A stretch of DNA of 37,560 nucleotides, taken from Chiloscyllium plagiosum (lineage: Eukaryota). The notes below the pieces were generated by a model, which worked only from the letters and a program-made list of their open reading frames with translations, was not told the origin of the DNA and made no database searches. A program made the position numbers and the translations under genes. Positions 1-11,043 of the stretch are shown here, piece by piece (the stretch's first letter is position 1; each line of letters opens with the position of its first letter). Location of the stretch: assembly GCF_004010195.1 (NCBI RefSeq), contig NC_057757.1, positions 8,480,739-8,518,298 of the forward strand. Reading direction: 5' to 3'.

Positions 1-465
1 CTATCTACAACTCTACCGACCTTAGTGTCATCCGCAAATTTACTAACCCATCCTCCTATGCCTTCATCCAGGTCATTTATAAAAATGACAAACAGCAGTG
101 GCCCCAAAACAGATCCTTGCGGTATCCCACTAGTAACTGAACTCCAGGATGAACATTTCTCATCAACCACCACCCTCTGTCTTCTTTCAGCTGGCCAATT
201 TCTGATCAAAACCACTAAATCACCCACAATCCCACATCTCCGCATTTTCTGCAATAGCCTACAGTGGGGAACCTTATCAAATGTCTTACTGAACTCCATA
301 TACACCACGTCAACCGCTTTGCCCTCGTCTACCTGTTTGGTCACCATCTCAAAGAACTCAATAAGGCATGACCTACCCTTCACAAAACTGTGTTGACGAT
401 CCCTAATCAACTTATTCCTCTCTAGCCGATTATGGATCCTATCTCTTCTGACCTTTATAAACCCT
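1..465 (-). mobile_element. CR1/HER1-like LINE, ORF2 reverse-transcriptase fragment (decayed)
   Basis: The minus strand gives CR1-type RT motifs: [65 protein letters not shown] and SKFAD.TK. The plus-strand ORF 25..396 is its antisense shadow. Confidence 0.85.
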
Positions 466-699
466 TATGATCTCTACAATGTTCCAATTCCCCAATTCCC
501 AATGCTCAACAATTGCTCATTGCCCGTTCAGCTGCCTTGGGCTCACACTTGAGAAATCCCTGCAAAACCCTCTCCTCTCTTTTCAGACAGTCTTCCAACT
601 GACCTCTGACCACGCCTATGGTGACCTGTCCTTAATGTCCCCTTTTGTGGCTCAGTGTCCAATGTTTCTTTCTAACTTCACTACAAAGTATTTTAAGGT

Positions 700-860
700 G
701 GCATTTCACATTGGGGTGCTATGTGAACACATTGAAGATGGCGCCTCCATTAGTCCAGAATTTGCTCAGTCGTGCCTTTGGAATAATCAATCAGAACAAA
801 GATTCTCAGGTGGGATTTGAACCCATGACCTCCCAGATTAAGAGGTGCGTGAACCACCCT
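700..860 (-). mobile_element. Degenerate tRNA-derived SINE head
   Basis: B-box-like GGGTTCAAATCCC on the minus strand at 812-824. Boundaries are approximate. Confidence 0.4.
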
Positions 861-964
861 ATTATCTAAACACATCCCATCAGCACACGAGATCAGGAAG
901 AGAGACTTTCACCGTCAGTCGCTGCTGTCTCACTTGGCACCAGCAGAGGGCAGTCAATGCCCCT

Positions 965-1045
965 TCATTGAAACAAAAGCAGAAAGTGCTGCAGAATCTG
1001 GCAGAGTCTGTGAGAGAGAGAGAGAGAGAGAGTTTTGCCATTTCG
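965..1045 (-). mobile_element. Degenerate Penelope-like element 3' end containing an (AG)n microsatellite
   Basis: aaacaaaagcagaaagtgctgcag...tctgtgagagagag...tttcg resembles the better-preserved copy at 10525-10622; the (AG)n run is at about 1012-1032. Confidence 0.4.
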
Positions 1046-1381
1046 ATGTCCAAGGAGTCTTGTCTGTTCTCAGTGACATGGCCTCCGCGGCTATCTGAGC
1101 TCAGGAACAGTACATGTTCCCGACTTCCTGAGTGAAGGAATTTCTCCCCAGCTCAGTCCTAGATCACCTGCTCAGACCATCAGAAGGTCCCTGATTCTCA
1201 ACTTTCCAACCAGGGCAAACATCCTCCCCACTTCAAGTCTGTTAGAATTTCATCTGTTTCAATCAGGTCTCCTCCCACCAAGATTCAGATCTGAATTATC
1301 CCTTACTTTAACTGGTCTGTGCTAATCTCTTTTACGATCAGTTCCATTGGTCTTAAAACTTACTCAGTTCCCCAGTTCTTT

Positions 1382-1630
1382 CAGAGATTCACAGAGATGT
1401 GCAGCATGGAAACAGACCCTTCGGTCCAACTTGTCCATGCTGACCAGATATCCCAACCTAATCTAGTACCATTAGCCAGCACCCGGCCCGTATCCTTCCA
1501 CACCCTTCCTATTCATATACCCATCCAGATGCCTCTTAAATGCTGTAATTGTACCAGCCTCCACCACTTCCTCTGGCAGCTCATTCCATACACATACCAC
1601 CCTCTGTGTGAAAACGTTACCCTTTCGGTC
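1382..1630 (-). mobile_element. CR1/HER1-like LINE 3' end
   Basis: cagcatggaaacagacccttcggtccaac...accagcctccaccacttcctctggcagc is the reverse complement of the type of 3' end seen on the plus strand at 30545-30709. Confidence 0.8.
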
Positions 1631-1749
1631 TCTTTTGTATCTCTGCACGGATGCTGCCTCGACCTGCTGTCACCTCCCACAGTTCTTGTTTTCAAATCAG
1701 CTTTTGCCCCTGATTTAATCTCGTCAGGATGGGGCATGGAATGTCAAAA

Positions 1750-1938
1750 GGCAAAATGTCCAAACGTATTTGGTATGCTTTCCTTTATTGGTCCATGTAC
1801 TGAGTACAGGCGTTGGGAGGTCATGCTGCTGCTGTACACGACGTTGGTTCGGCCACTTTTGGAGTATTGCACGTAATTCTGGTCTCCCTCCGATTGGAAG
1901 AATGTTGTGAAACTTGAAAGGGTTCAGGAAAGATTTAT
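1750..1938 (+). mobile_element. CR1-like LINE ORF2 C-terminal fragment, cut off at a SINE
   Basis: Translates EYRRWEVMLLLYTTLVRPLLEYC...KLERVQERF, homologous to the C-terminal part of ORF 15065..15682. Confidence 0.85.
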
Positions 1939-1940
1939 GA

Positions 1941-2262
1941 GCTCAGTGGCTCAGTGGTTAGCACTGCTGCCTCACAGCACCAGGGACCCGGGTTCGATTC
2001 CAGCCTCGGGCAACTGTCTGTGTGGAGTTTGCACATTCTCCCCGGGTCTGTGTGGGTTTCCTCCTACAGTTCTAAGATGTGCAGGTTAGGGTGAATTGGC
2101 CATGCTAAATTACCCATAGTGTTCAGGGATGTGTAGGTTAGGGTGGATTGGCCGTGCTAAATTACCCATAGTGTTCAGGGATGTGTAGGTGAGGGTGGAT
2201 TGACCGTGCTAAATTGCCCCATAGTGTTCAGGGATGTGTAGGTTAGGGTGGATTGGCCATGC
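1941..2262 (+). mobile_element. HE1-type tRNA-derived V-SINE with an internal ~52-bp tandem expansion
   Basis: A box TGGCTCAGTGG (~1947), B box GGTTCGATTCC (~1991) and V-SINE core tgtgtggagtttgcacattctcccc. About three copies of cccatagtgttcagggatgtgtaggttagggtggattggccgtgctaaatt start near 2113, 2165 and 2218. Confidence 0.9.
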
Positions 2263-2269
2263 GAGAAAC

Positions 2270-3672
2270 AGATGGATAAATGTTGTGATATAACGGCATC
2301 AGGATGTATGGGGAGAAAGTGGGACAATGCCATTGAGAATCAGCCCTGATGATATTGAAGGTAAAGCAGTCGCCAAAAGCCAGGTGGCCTACTCCTGGCA
2401 TGGTCACGTTTTTGGAAGAGTTGAAGTACCTTATATTTGGGGAAACCTGAGGCTACGCGCTTTGATGGAAAGAGTAAAGAGGCTGAATATTATTTCAATG
2501 CAGAACGAGTGCAGAAAGCTTCAGAACAGGGGGATTTGGGCGTCAGAAAACAGGTATCACAAAAAAAGTCACAACCAAATTCAACGGGAAGTAGGGAAGG
2601 CAAGTTGGGCTGCTGGCCTTTATTTCTAAAGGATTGGAGGATTGAAGGCTGGAGGTCTCGTTAAAATTGTGCAAGGCACTGGTGAGGACGCCTCAGAATA
2701 CTGTGAACATTTTTGAACCCCATATCGAAGGTAAGATATCCTGGCAGTGGGGGCAGCCCGGAGAAGGTTCACTCGGCTGGCACTAGGAACGGGGGGGGGG
2801 TGGGGGGAACTGTCTTATGAGGAGAGGTTGAGAGGTTTGGGTAACTCTTGCCCAAGAGTTGGATTGTCAGCCAATCAGAGGTGACCTATAGACTCTTACA
2901 GGTCTTGACAGGGTAGAGGTGGAGAGATTACTTCTCCTTGTAGGGACGCCTCTGACCAGAGGGCATCGCCTCATGATAAGGAGTCTCACGTCGAATATAG
3001 AGACGTGGAGGAATCTCTCCTCTCAGAGTGGTGTGTATCTGTGGAATTATTTATCACAGAGGGCATCGACTCTGGGTTTCTCAATATATTCAAAGCTGAG
3101 GTGGAGAGATTTCTAATCAGGAGGAGAATCGAGGTGAATGGGGAAAGAAACACTTTCAACCTACTGCGAATCCTCTTACAAAAAGGCAGGAGGGTTGAGT
3201 TGAGGATGATCAGATCAGCCAATATCTCTGTCAACCTTGGAGCAGACTCAATGATCCAAAAGGCTGATTTCAGATCCTACGTCTTGTGTTCCTGAACGTT
3301 CTAGTCCAACCTTCCTAACCCTCCGGAATATTTCAATCGCAGGATTGTGAAGGAACACGACAAACTAGCCTAGTTGGTCATGCAGAAAATCGGTAAGTGT
3401 GCAATCAATAGCGATGGCAGATCATGTCGCACTGAGGTGGGCATAAATGTTTTCCCTCAGTGACTGCTGACCCTGTGGAGTTCTCCACCACATACATCTG
3501 TGGAGGCAATTCACTGAATATACTTAAGACAGGGACAGATCGGTTTCTAGATCTTAAAGGTGTCAACGGGGGACAGGAGACAGCAGGAACATTCCAAAGG
3601 ATCAATCATCATTAGATTGAATGGTTGAGCAGGCTCAATGTGCCGAATAGCTTACTCTTGCATCTATTTTAT
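2270..3672 (+). mobile_element. Cluster of old CR1-like LINE 3' fragments
   Basis: Decayed ORF2 C-terminal motifs (LLLLVGTPLTRGHRL, NIFKAEVERFLI) and CR1 3'UTR-like tails at about 2270-2400, 3200-3295 and 3600-3672. Confidence 0.65.
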
Positions 3673-3673
3673 A

Positions 3674-5270
3674 ACATCATAAGACATAGGATTGGAAATT
3701 AGACCATTCAGCCCATCGAGTCTGCTCTGCCATTCACTCATGGCTGATAACTTTCTCAACCCCTTTCTCCCCGTGACCCTTCAGCCCCTTAAGAATTAGA
3801 ACCTATCTATCTCTGTCTTAAATATACTCAATAACCTGGTCTACACAGCCTTCTGTGGCAGTGAATCCCATAGATTCCCCACTCTCTGGCTGAAGAAGAA
3901 TCTCCTTATCTCTGTTCTAAAAGCTCTTCCCTTTAATCTAAGGCTGTGCCCTCGTGTCCTAGTTTCTCCTTCCAATGGTAACATCATCCCAACATCCTCT
4001 CTGTCCAGGCCAATCAGTATTCTGAATGTTCCAATTAGATCGCTCTTCATCCTTCTCAACTCCATCAAGTATAAGACCGTAAGACCATAAGACATAGGAG
4101 TGGAAGTAAGGCCATTCGGCCCATCAAATCCATTCCACCATTTAATCATGGCTGATGGACATTTCAACTCCACTTACCCGCACTCTCCCCATAGCCCTTA
4201 ATTCCTTGCGAGATTAAGAATTGATCAATCTCTGCCTTGAAGACATTTAACGTCCCGGCCTCCACTGTGCTCCGTGGCAATGAATTCCACAGGCCCACCA
4301 CTCTCTGGCTGCAGAAATGTCTCCTCATTTCCATTCTAAACTCCAAATAGGGCCTAACTAGAGCTTTACAAAGTCTCAGAAGCACATCGCTGCTTTTACA
4401 TTCCAACCTTCTTGAGATAAACGACAATATTACATTTGCTTTCTTAACCACTGCATCAACCTGCAAGTTAACCTTTAGAGAATCCTGGACTAGCACTACC
4501 AGATCCCTTTATACTTTAGCTTTATGAATTTTATCACTGTTTACAAAATAGTCCATGCCTGTATTCTTTTTACCAAAGTGCAAGACCTCACATTTGCTCA
4601 CATTGAATTCTCCTAAACTGTCTCAATCTTTCTGCAGCCTCCCCACCTCCTCAGAACTACCTGCCTGTCCACCTAACTTCGTATCATCGGAGCACTTCAC
4701 CAGAATGCCCCCAGTCCCTTCATCCAGATCATTAATATATAAAGTGAACAGCTGCGGCCCCAACACTGAACCACTTGTCACTGGCTGCCATTCAGAAATA
4801 GAACCTTTTATCCCAACTCTCTACCTTCTGTCAGACAGCCAATCCTCAATCCATGCCAGTAGCTCACCTTGAACACCATGGGCCCTCACCTGACTCAGCA
4901 GCCACCCGTGAGGCACCTTATCAAAGGCCTTTTGGAAGTCTAGATAGACAACATCCACTGGGTTTCCCTGGTCTAACCTACTTGTTACGTCTTCAAAGAA
5001 TACTAACAGCTTTGTCAGGCACGACCTCCCCTTACTAAATCCATGCTGACTTGTTCTAATTCGACCCTGCACTTCCAAGAATTTAGAAATCTCATCCTTA
5101 ACGATGGATAAGCGCAGACCCAGAGTCCTCAAATATTCCTCATCTATTAAACTTCTCATTCCTGGGACCATTCTCATGAACCTCCTCCGAACACGCTCTG
5201 GGGCCAGTCCATCCTTCCTGAGATATGGGGCCCAAACGGCGCACAATACTTCAAATGTGGCCTGTAACAA
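3674..5270 (-). mobile_element. Nested CR1-like LINEs: element A (3674-4078 plus 5114-5270) interrupted by element B (4079-5113)
   Basis: ORFs 3841..4173, 4164..4496 and 4821..5312 give CR1 ORF2 motifs (TRTRGHSL, LVRPYLE, QHGFSKGRSCLT, VDVVYLDFQKAFDKVPH). Element B ends in a (TAAGACCA)n-type tail at 4072-4095. Element A resumes colinearly at agacccagagtcctc near 5117. Confidence 0.8.
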
Positions 5271-5461
5271 TCTCAGTGCGATATTTTCTGTGAAGCATTT
5301 TCTAAGTTTCATGATCCACTTATTTACCCACTCACAGACACTGGTTTGCTGTTATAAATAGTGCACTTTCAATCTTATTGAATTACACGACTGTAAAAGT
5401 TTTGTTAAGCCATTTCCTCCAATTCCAACCTTTTCCATTTACCAGGAAAGTTGGCCTGTGG

Positions 5462-5961
5462 NNNNNNNNNNNNNNNNNNNNNNNNNNNNNNNNNNNNNNN
5501 NNNNNNNNNNNNNNNNNNNNNNNNNNNNNNNNNNNNNNNNNNNNNNNNNNNNNNNNNNNNNNNNNNNNNNNNNNNNNNNNNNNNNNNNNNNNNNNNNNNN
5601 NNNNNNNNNNNNNNNNNNNNNNNNNNNNNNNNNNNNNNNNNNNNNNNNNNNNNNNNNNNNNNNNNNNNNNNNNNNNNNNNNNNNNNNNNNNNNNNNNNNN
5701 NNNNNNNNNNNNNNNNNNNNNNNNNNNNNNNNNNNNNNNNNNNNNNNNNNNNNNNNNNNNNNNNNNNNNNNNNNNNNNNNNNNNNNNNNNNNNNNNNNNN
5801 NNNNNNNNNNNNNNNNNNNNNNNNNNNNNNNNNNNNNNNNNNNNNNNNNNNNNNNNNNNNNNNNNNNNNNNNNNNNNNNNNNNNNNNNNNNNNNNNNNNN
5901 NNNNNNNNNNNNNNNNNNNNNNNNNNNNNNNNNNNNNNNNNNNNNNNNNNNNNNNNNNNNN
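5462..5961. other. Assembly gap (500 N)
   Basis: Run of 500 N. Confidence 1.
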
Positions 5962-5962
5962 C

Positions 5963-6245
5963 AACAGGACACTACCTCAGGACGAGCCTCCAACTATCAG
6001 CTACTGCCTCAGAATTGACCCTGTGACAGTGCTGCAATACCTCAGGACTGATCATTTAACCGTGTATCATCCCTTCATTTCTGACCCCACTACAGTGACA
6101 GGCTGCTTCAGAACTGATTCGGTGACAATGAGACACAGTCTTCAGCATGAACCTCTGACAATAAGATACTTCCTCAGTATTTGATCGTGAGGACTCCTGC
6201 AGGAGTGGCTCTCTCTCTGTGCTCCACTATCAGTACTGATTCTCT
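5963..6245 (+). repeat. Diverged ~30-bp minisatellite (ctcagNactgaccctNtgacagtg-like) next to the gap
   Basis: cctcag/cttcag plus (t)gac motifs recur every ~30 bp, giving a 10-aa periodicity in ORF 5378..6184. Confidence 0.65.
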
Positions 6246-6249
6246 AAAT

Positions 6250-6865
6250 GTGTGGCCAATTCACATATTTACTGATGGCCCAGCCCAATGCTCCCAGTTA
6301 GGGCTGCCATACTTTAATTCTATGTCTGAATGGTGCCATACTCCCATTTGGGTATTTACTTCCATGTGCAGTTCTTCCATTCCGTCGTCCTTGCAATACT
6401 TCTCCCATTTAGGGCTCCGCTTGTGGGCACCAATTCTCCCATTTTCCAATCCTGCACAAATCCTCTTTTTGTGAGGAACTGCACCAACTCTCCGACTGAG
6501 TATTATCCAGCCCACGTTCTCCCACTTCGTGCACCGATTCTCTCATGTAGTGGCACTGACACCAATTCCCCAACTATTGATGCACTGCGTCCCTTCTCCC
6601 ATTTCGTTGTTCCCTGATACACTGCTCTTCATTCACTCTTCCATTTAGTGGGGCCTTAAGTCGAAACTCCACTTCACTCCTCCTTTGCAACATCGGTCCT
6701 ATTTGCTGAGTTACTGCCAGTATTCTCCCATTTGCTCTAATTCTCTTCGTTAGTCACCCCCTGCACCAAATCTCTAATTCACTGGTGCCCTGTAACAATT
6801 CTCCACTTCAGTGTTGCCCAACACCAGTTCCCAAGTTGCTGATGCCCTGAACAAGTTCTCCACTC
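6250..6865 (+). repeat. Highly diverged short-period tandem repeat (caccaattctccc core)
   Basis: Variants of caccaattctcc occur near 6428, 6482, 6532, 6560, 6765, 6795, 6822 and 6850. Confidence 0.4.
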
Positions 6866-6919
6866 CTTTTTTAAAACCATATTATCTGTTCTACTCTCAT
6901 CCTCCCATATACCTGAATT

Positions 6920-8110
6920 ACAATTTATGTTCCCATTCCCCTGCTGACTTAGTTTAAACAGCTTCCCCCTTCGCCCCCCCCCCCCCCCAAGAGCATCAGC
7001 AAATTCTCCCCTGCCCCCAAGGATATTGGTACCCCTCTGGCTCAGGTGAAGACCATCCTGTTTGTCGAGGTCTCATCTACCCCAGAAAGAGCCCCAATTA
7101 TCCAGGAATCCAAAGCCCTCCCTCCTGCACCATCCCCGTAGCCACGTGTTCAACTCCTCTCTCTCCTTATTCCTCACTTCGTTAGCACGTGGCATGGACA
7201 ACAAACCAGAGATAACAACTCTGTTTGTTCTGGCTCTCAGCTTCCACCCTAGCTCCCTGAATTTCTGCTTTACATCCCCATCTCTCTTCCTACCTATGTC
7301 GTTGGTACATAACTTGGGGCTGCTCCCCCACCCCCTCAAGGATCAGAGACAGCACGAACTCTAGCACCTGGGAGACAACACACCATCCGTGAGTCTCTTT
7401 CATTCCCACAGAACCTCCTATCCGTCGCCCCCTAACTACGGGGTCCCCACTGACTGATGAGCTGCTCCTCTTCCCCCTGCCCTTCTGAGCAACAGGGACA
7501 GACTCTGTGCCAGAGACCTGTGCCCCATTGCTTTCCCCTAGCAAGTCATTCCCCCCCAACAGTATCCAAATCGGTATACTTGTTGTTGAGGCGAACAGCC
7601 ACAGGAGATCCCTGCAGTGCCTGCTGGTTCACGTTCCATCCCCTGACTGTAACCCATCTACCTTTTTCTTTTGCCTGAGGTGTGACTACCTCCCTGTAAC
7701 TCCTCTCAATATCCCCTTTTGCCTCCTGAATGATCCAAAGTTCATCCAGTTCCAGCTCCAGAACCACAAACACGGTTTTTGAGGAGCTGGAGTTGGGTGC
7801 ACTTCCCACAGATGCAGATCGCAGGGACACTAGTGGTGACCCTTACCTCCCACATTCTACAGGAGGTACATTCAACTGCCCTAACCTCAACTTACCGATT
7901 GGGGCACAGACCCCTTTTGTTTTGGTGAGAGGAGGAAGACGGTTTGGAGACACTCCCGAGTCGTGTTTGGGGGAAAGCAACTGCCCAAATATAAAGCCGT
8001 ACTTACCCAGCAGTCCCGTGTCTGCTCGTGCTCAGTGTGTGCTCCGCCTATATAAGAGGTAAACCTTTATATCCGTTTAAATTGACCTTCCCGTTGTCCC
8101 TCAGGTCCTC
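6920..8110 (-). mobile_element. CR1-like LINE 5' region with ORF1 SGNH/GDSL-esterase-like domain (decayed)
   Basis: ORF 7073..7339 reads CTNDIGRKR...FRELGWKLRARTNRVVISGLL...LNTWLRGWCRREGFGFLDNWGSFWGR. ORF 7546..7830 reads LELELDELWIIQEA...RWVTVRG...VRLNNKYTDL, typical of vertebrate CR1 ORF1. Confidence 0.85.
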
Positions 8111-8154
8111 GCTGTCGCTCCTCCCACTCCAACTGCCACCAGAAAAAAAACCAT

Positions 8155-8520
8155 TCAGGATGAAGCAGCCGCTTGGTTGGCACCACATCCCCAGACATCC
8201 CCTCCCTCCATCACTGACACTCAGTAGCAGCAGTGTTTACCATCGACACGGTGCACTGCAGAAATTCACCAAAGATCCTCAGACAGCACCTTCCAAACCC
8301 ACGAGCACTTCCACTTCGAAGGACAAGGGCAGCAGATAGATGGGAACATCACCCCCTTCAAATTCCCCTCTGAGTCACTCACTATCCTGATTTAGAAATA
8401 TATTGTCATTCCATCAGTGTTACAGGCAGCTCAGCATTACCTTCTCAGGGGCAATTCGGCATGGGGGATAACTACAGACTCAGTCAGTGATACCCACATC
8501 CCACGAGTGAATCAAAAACA
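8155..8520 (+). mobile_element. LINE (CR1/L2 group) 3' end
   Basis: Homologous to 37250-37560 (ttggcaccacatcc...tgcagaaattcaccaaag...cttccaaacc) and ends in an A-rich tail near 8515. Confidence 0.7.
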
Positions 8521-8576
8521 TATCATTTCAGGGTCTGGAAAAGATAGGACTCTCCTTTGGGCTTCACAGAGGAGTG

Positions 8577-9525
8577 TTATTTATTCACACTACAAGAAAT
8601 TTGTGTAACCAGGTATTTTACTGTATTACTGATCTTCGCTCTGAACTGGGACAATGTTGCTGCATAAATAAATGTGTTTGTGCAACAGCTTAGGTTCCGC
8701 AGCATGTAACCAACTGCACTGAAGTGATATAGAAAAGGTGAGTAATCACCAGGATTGATTCTTTGAATGAGATAACATAAGAAATCTACAACATTCATTA
8801 ACCACAGGAGGATGAAGCTCCCAGAAATGGTGAAGAGCAAAATCACAGCCTTCCTTCTGCTCTCCATCTCTGGGTCTCTGTGATTCTCTCCTTTGCTCTC
8901 ACCTTTCAGCCTCTTCCGGACTTGACTGGTCGCTAAAATGTGTCTGACTGTCAGAGCATTGAGCAACAGAATTAAAACGAATGGCAGTAAAGGGGTAAAA
9001 ACTGTATCAAGCCAATCTAATATCACCCTGGCAGTAAAGGAGTTAAAATTGTATCGAACCAATCTAATACCACCCACCAAGTCGCAGTCAAGTTGCTTAA
9101 CTTTGTTCGACAGTAGAATGGCACATTGTTGATTATCTTCACAGCCTCATATTCAAAAGCGAAGGGGATGTTTTTCAGACAGAACAATGTGCAGGTTGTT
9201 GCCAGAACCACAGTCGCAGCTTTCTCAGTGCAATATTTTGTTCTCAGCTTCTGACAACAAATGGTCACAAATCGGTCAAAGGAGAAAGTGACGGTGAACC
9301 AGACAGAGCAGTCCCTGGCAGCACGAGACAGTGCCCCAATAACACTGCACACAGGAGTGATGTTCAGGAAAGACTGCAGGTAATAATAGAAAGGTAATCT
9401 CCACAATATAACCTCAGTAATAATGACCATCAGATCGGCAGCTGCCATAAACACCAGGTAACGGGTAGTGCAAGGTGAAATACCACACTTTTGCCTGGAA
9501 AAGTTTGCAACTGCCAGCAAATTTA
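8577..9525 (-). CDS. GPR139-like class A GPCR, coding exon 2 (TM1 end to TM7). Frameshifted by a 47-bp duplication unless 9077-9028 is spliced out; possibly a pseudogene.
   Basis: The acceptor ttcttttcccatttgtctcccacAG precedes 9525. The exon translates VNLLAVA..KCGISPCTTRYLVFMAAADL..DCSVWFTVTFSFDRFVTICCQKLRTKYCTEK (DRF motif) and then, in the second frame, LDWLDTVFTPLLPFVLILLLNALTVRHIL..NHRDPEMESRRK..LRNLSCCTNTFIYA. The stop TAA is at 8579-8577. Confidence 0.85.
8982..9075. repeat. 47-bp tandem duplication inside the GPCR exon (8982-9028 and 9029-9075; 41/47 identical)
   Basis: tggcagtaaaggggtaaaaactgtatcaagccaatctaatatcaccc versus tggcagtaaaggagttaaaattgtatcgaaccaatctaataccaccc. Confidence 0.95.
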
Positions 9526-10524
9526 CTGTGGGAGACAAATGGGAAAAGAAACAGTGAATTATTGATCAGAAATACACCCTACCGAGAGAGCAACAATAAG
9601 ATTTTACCAACACAACCTTGTGCACTGTGTGACTGGAAGTGGTTGGAGGTGAGTGAGTTTGAACTTTCAGACTTTCATACTCACTTCAGATTGTCCTCCA
9701 GCCCAGTCACTCTCAAGATTCTGGAGTTTGGACAGATACTGAGCTCACAGCCCCTCTAGGAGAGCAGAAGGAAGTCTATGATTTTGTTTGGTTGCAAGGT
9801 AAGGTCCAGAAATCCATTAGAAACCTCGATCCCAACTCAGTCATTGGAATGTCAATAATCCAAACTCTCCCCTTCTCCAGAGAAACAGTTATCCCCTAAT
9901 CCTGGAATTGGACTTAGTCCTGATCAGAGCCATGGCAGGATTATAAAACAGGTCACCAGAACCTGTGTGAGATTTCAAACAGAACTGCACCATGTTTCTT
10001 ACACAAGGGCAGTACAACAGAGCATGCAGGACTCCCTTCATGACAATGTGTGAGTTTTAGATTTACTGTGATATTTAAATTGCAAATCTACCCGCCAACA
10101 TCTCAATGTGGAGGGACCAGGAGGGCAATCTGTCAAAATTTCAATCTCCTGACCAAAGAATGTGAGGAGTAGAGATCTTCCAGAGGGGATTATAGATGAA
10201 GCTTTCCAAATCAAAATAAGGTGCAAATCCTTCAATTCCTTTGCTTTGCAAAAATAAAAAAACAATCTCAGAGGGAAAATTCCCAACTGATGCAGCATCC
10301 CTGACTGTGTGTGGAAGAGAGTTCCAAACCTTTCCCACCCTTTGTCCATAGAAGAGCTTTCTAACATCTCTCCTAAACGCTCTCAGTCCTTAGTCTCAGA
10401 CTACGGTCCTTCGTTCTGGAATCTCCAAACAGTGCAAATAGGTTATCTTTTCATTTATTATTTTGTCAGTCTACATTCAGATCATCCCTTAAATTTCAAA
10501 ATTCTCCATCAACCAGGTTTCATT

Positions 10525-10622
10525 TACGAAATGAAAACAAGAATAGCTCAGCAGATATGGCAGCATCTGTGGGAGAGAGCACAGAGTTAACGTTTCGGGT
10601 CCAGTGACACTTCTTCAGAACT
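10525..10622 (-). mobile_element. Penelope-like element 3' end with a minimal hammerhead-ribozyme core, inside the GPCR intron
   Basis: The minus strand reads CTGAAGA-agtgtc-actg-gaccc-GAAA-CGTTAAC (CUGANGA / stem II / GAAA). Confidence 0.7.
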
Positions 10623-10888
10623 AACCTGCCTGACCTCTCCTCATACCTTCAAACCGTGTGGAACTGGAACAGATGACACAACACTGAGATCAGAAAATGC
10701 TGCAGCAAGCAGTGAAGTTGGGAGTCTTTGTCAGTGGAGAATTGGACTGAGAATGCTGCTCAGTGAATTGCTGTCACTGTCCCGGGGTCTGACCAGTCAG
10801 TGAGCTGGAGGTGTTATTGTTCAAATGGTAAAGCCAGAGAGAAGATCAGCAGCCGATTAAAACAACTTCAACTGTCATAACACCGTAC

Positions 10889-10955
10889 CTGGGATGCCAG
10901 TAACAGCAAGGATGGTGTAGAACACCTTCTCCACGTGATCAATTGGTCGATGCAT
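10889..10955 (-). CDS. GPR139-like GPCR, coding exon 1 (MHRPIDHVEKVFYTILAVTGIP, phase-1 donor)
   Basis: ATG at 10955, then 67 nt ending CCAG|GTACGG. It joins exon 2 in phase (G+TA = Val), giving the TM1 motif GIPVNLL. The intron is 10888-9526 (1363 nt, GT..AG). Confidence 0.85.
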
Positions 10956-11043
10956 TTTTCTGTGTGAGGTGATCTGTCCCTTCAGGTAGCTGACAAGCTC
11001 CTTGTTTGAGACTCTGAGCTGATGCATTCCCAGAGACGCTGCC

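Noticed and set aside
1941..2010. tRNA gene (also 27797-27855)
   Set aside because: The A and B boxes continue directly into a V-SINE core, so these are SINE heads.
5378..6184. Long ORFs spanning 5462-5961 (likewise 36265-37061)
   Set aside because: Artefacts of translating through 500-N gaps.
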